Origin: a virus
Taxonomy: Duplodnaviria > Caudoviricetes
Strand: one strand, 5' to 3'
DNA length: 64,000 bases
IMG/VR virus record: IMGVR_UViG_2509276065_000002
Span: 32,001 to 96,000 of that record
Under the pieces are notes generated by a model. The model was not told the origin of the DNA. It was given only the letters and a program-made list of their open reading frames with translations, and made no database searches. Of this stretch, positions 63,064 through 64,000 are shown piece after piece. The position numbers were made by a program, and so were the translations under genes. Every line of letters begins with the position of its first letter. The first letter of the stretch is position 1.

Positions 63064-63338
63064 GCTGGCAGGCCTCCTTCCGGGGTGTACGCGTGGCCGT
63101 TCGCGTGACCACGCAGTTGCGCGAATTCCGCGTCGGTCATGACGTCGAAGTCGCCGTTCGGGAAGTGCACCAGCCATGAACCGGCGTACACGTGTCGTTT
63201 GCCTCGGCGGGTGTGAACGAAGCCGAAGGACAGGTCGCGCGGTCGGGCCTTCAAGAACGACCAGGGTTCCACGCAAGCCGGCCACGGGTGGGTGTTCGGA
63301 TCGAAGCGTTGCGCGTCCCAACTCCATTCGAGCGTCAT
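63060..63338 (-). CDS. Hypothetical phage protein
   Basis: ATGA coupling; GSWLVHFPNGDFDVMTDAEFAQ motif common in phage early genes. Confidence 0.6.
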   Translation of the reverse strand: MTLEWSWDAQRFDPNTHPWPACVEPWSFLKARPRDLSFGFVHTRRGKRHVYAGSWLVHFPNGDFDVMTDAEFAQLRGHANGHAYTPEGGLPA

Positions 63339-63622
63339 GACCGACCGTCATTTCTGTCGTGCGAGTGCTGCTGGGCGGCTTCGCGTTCCTCGGCGCGGGT
63401 GAGCAATTCGAGTTCCTCGGCTTCGCGCGCTTCGCGTTCGGTGGTGGTTTCGTAGGGCTGCTCGTCGGTCGAGCGGCTGGACCCGTCGCCCTGCGGGATG
63501 ACGAGCAGTAACAACAGGGCGACGAACGCGACGTACACCGGGATGCGTTCGCCGGTCAGGGTGAACGCGATGAAGTTGAGCACCGCGGCGAGAATGATCA
63601 GGCTGTGGGCGGCGCGTTTCAT
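63335..63622 (-). CDS. Small 2-TM phage protein
   Basis: Two hydrophobic helices plus a charged tail. Confidence 0.55.
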   Translation of the reverse strand: MKRAAHSLIILAAVLNFIAFTLTGERIPVYVAFVALLLLLVIPQGDGSSRSTDEQPYETTTEREAREAEELELLTRAEEREAAQQHSHDRNDGRS

Positions 63623-64000
63623 AACTCCAGTTCTCCTTGCGCGTCGTGGATGGTGACGTGCACTTCCACGCGTGGTTGACGGCCGTCGTACTCGGGCCAG
63701 TGGTGGTAACCGAACACCCACTGGTCGTCTTTGCCTTGGCGTCTGCCGAACAGCGCGTCCACGATCCCTTTACGAATGTTCTCGGGGTCCGAGTGGTTAG
63801 CCGAGGGGAAGTAACAGAAGACGTCCACCTGCACGCGTGAACTTTTATCGCGTGGATTGAGGCGCTTGATCCTCAGAGGCGCGAAGAGGCGCACGTGGTC
63901 CTTCCAGGCGTCGTATTCCTTTGAGCGCACCCAGTTGGGCACCTTGCCCTTCGAGTAATAGCCGACCAGTTTGAGCACCTGCGGCAAGTCACGCCGTTCA
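63619..64000 (-). CDS. RusA-like Holliday junction resolvase (5' end outside the window)
   Basis: SDPENIRKGIVDAL...KDDQWV...PRVEVHV. Confidence 0.7.
   Translation of the reverse strand, partial: ERRDLPQVLKLVGYYSKGKVPNWVRSKEYDAWKDHVRLFAPLRIKRLNPRDKSSRVQVDVFCYFPSANHSDPENIRKGIVDALFGRRQGKDDQWVFGYHHWPEYDGRQPRVEVHVTIHDAQGELEL

Noticed and set aside
1-64000. CRISPR array, DGR/retron or IS element
   Set aside because: No regularly spaced repeats, reverse transcriptase or transposase were detected by eye.

Overview
The window holds most of a high-GC temperate tailed-phage (siphovirus-type) genome. A Deinococcus-like host is inferred from an IrrE-like protease, RDRM-like sites and many leaderless TAnnnT promoters. 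From left to right it contains: a lysogeny module (excisionase, Cro-like and CI-like XRE repressors with four 16-bp operators, IrrE/ImmA-like HExxH protease, DUF4393/Abi-alpha, tyrosine integrase); an att core equal to the 3' half of tRNA-Arg(CCT) with phage DNA on both sides (attP configuration, so probably an excised or circular phage, or a tandem junction); a ~14-kb accessory region (DinI-like pair, HTH plus small-gene operon, two-component genes, SRAP, lipoprotein, DUF2726); and a long minus-strand late operon. The late operon comprises an expanded lysis region (amidase, several holin-like proteins, a lipoprotein, a papain-like C1A peptidase, two secreted discoidin/beta-helix proteins), tail genes, a 2900-aa tape measure protein with an NlpC/P60-like domain, -1 frameshifting tail chaperones, an HNH endonuclease, head genes, an intein-containing portal, terminases and a ParB-methyltransferase. 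A second two-component island and the end of the early region (RusA-like) close the window. The most notable observations are a phage-borne cytoplasmic signalling set (3 histidine kinases including an intact pseudokinase, 4 stand-alone receivers, 1 OmpR regulator), an IrrE/DdrO-like private switch with RDRM-like operators, a three-member family of small unknown proteins, and a lysis module that appears expanded for a multilayered envelope. All family assignments come from motif recognition by eye; no database searches were run.
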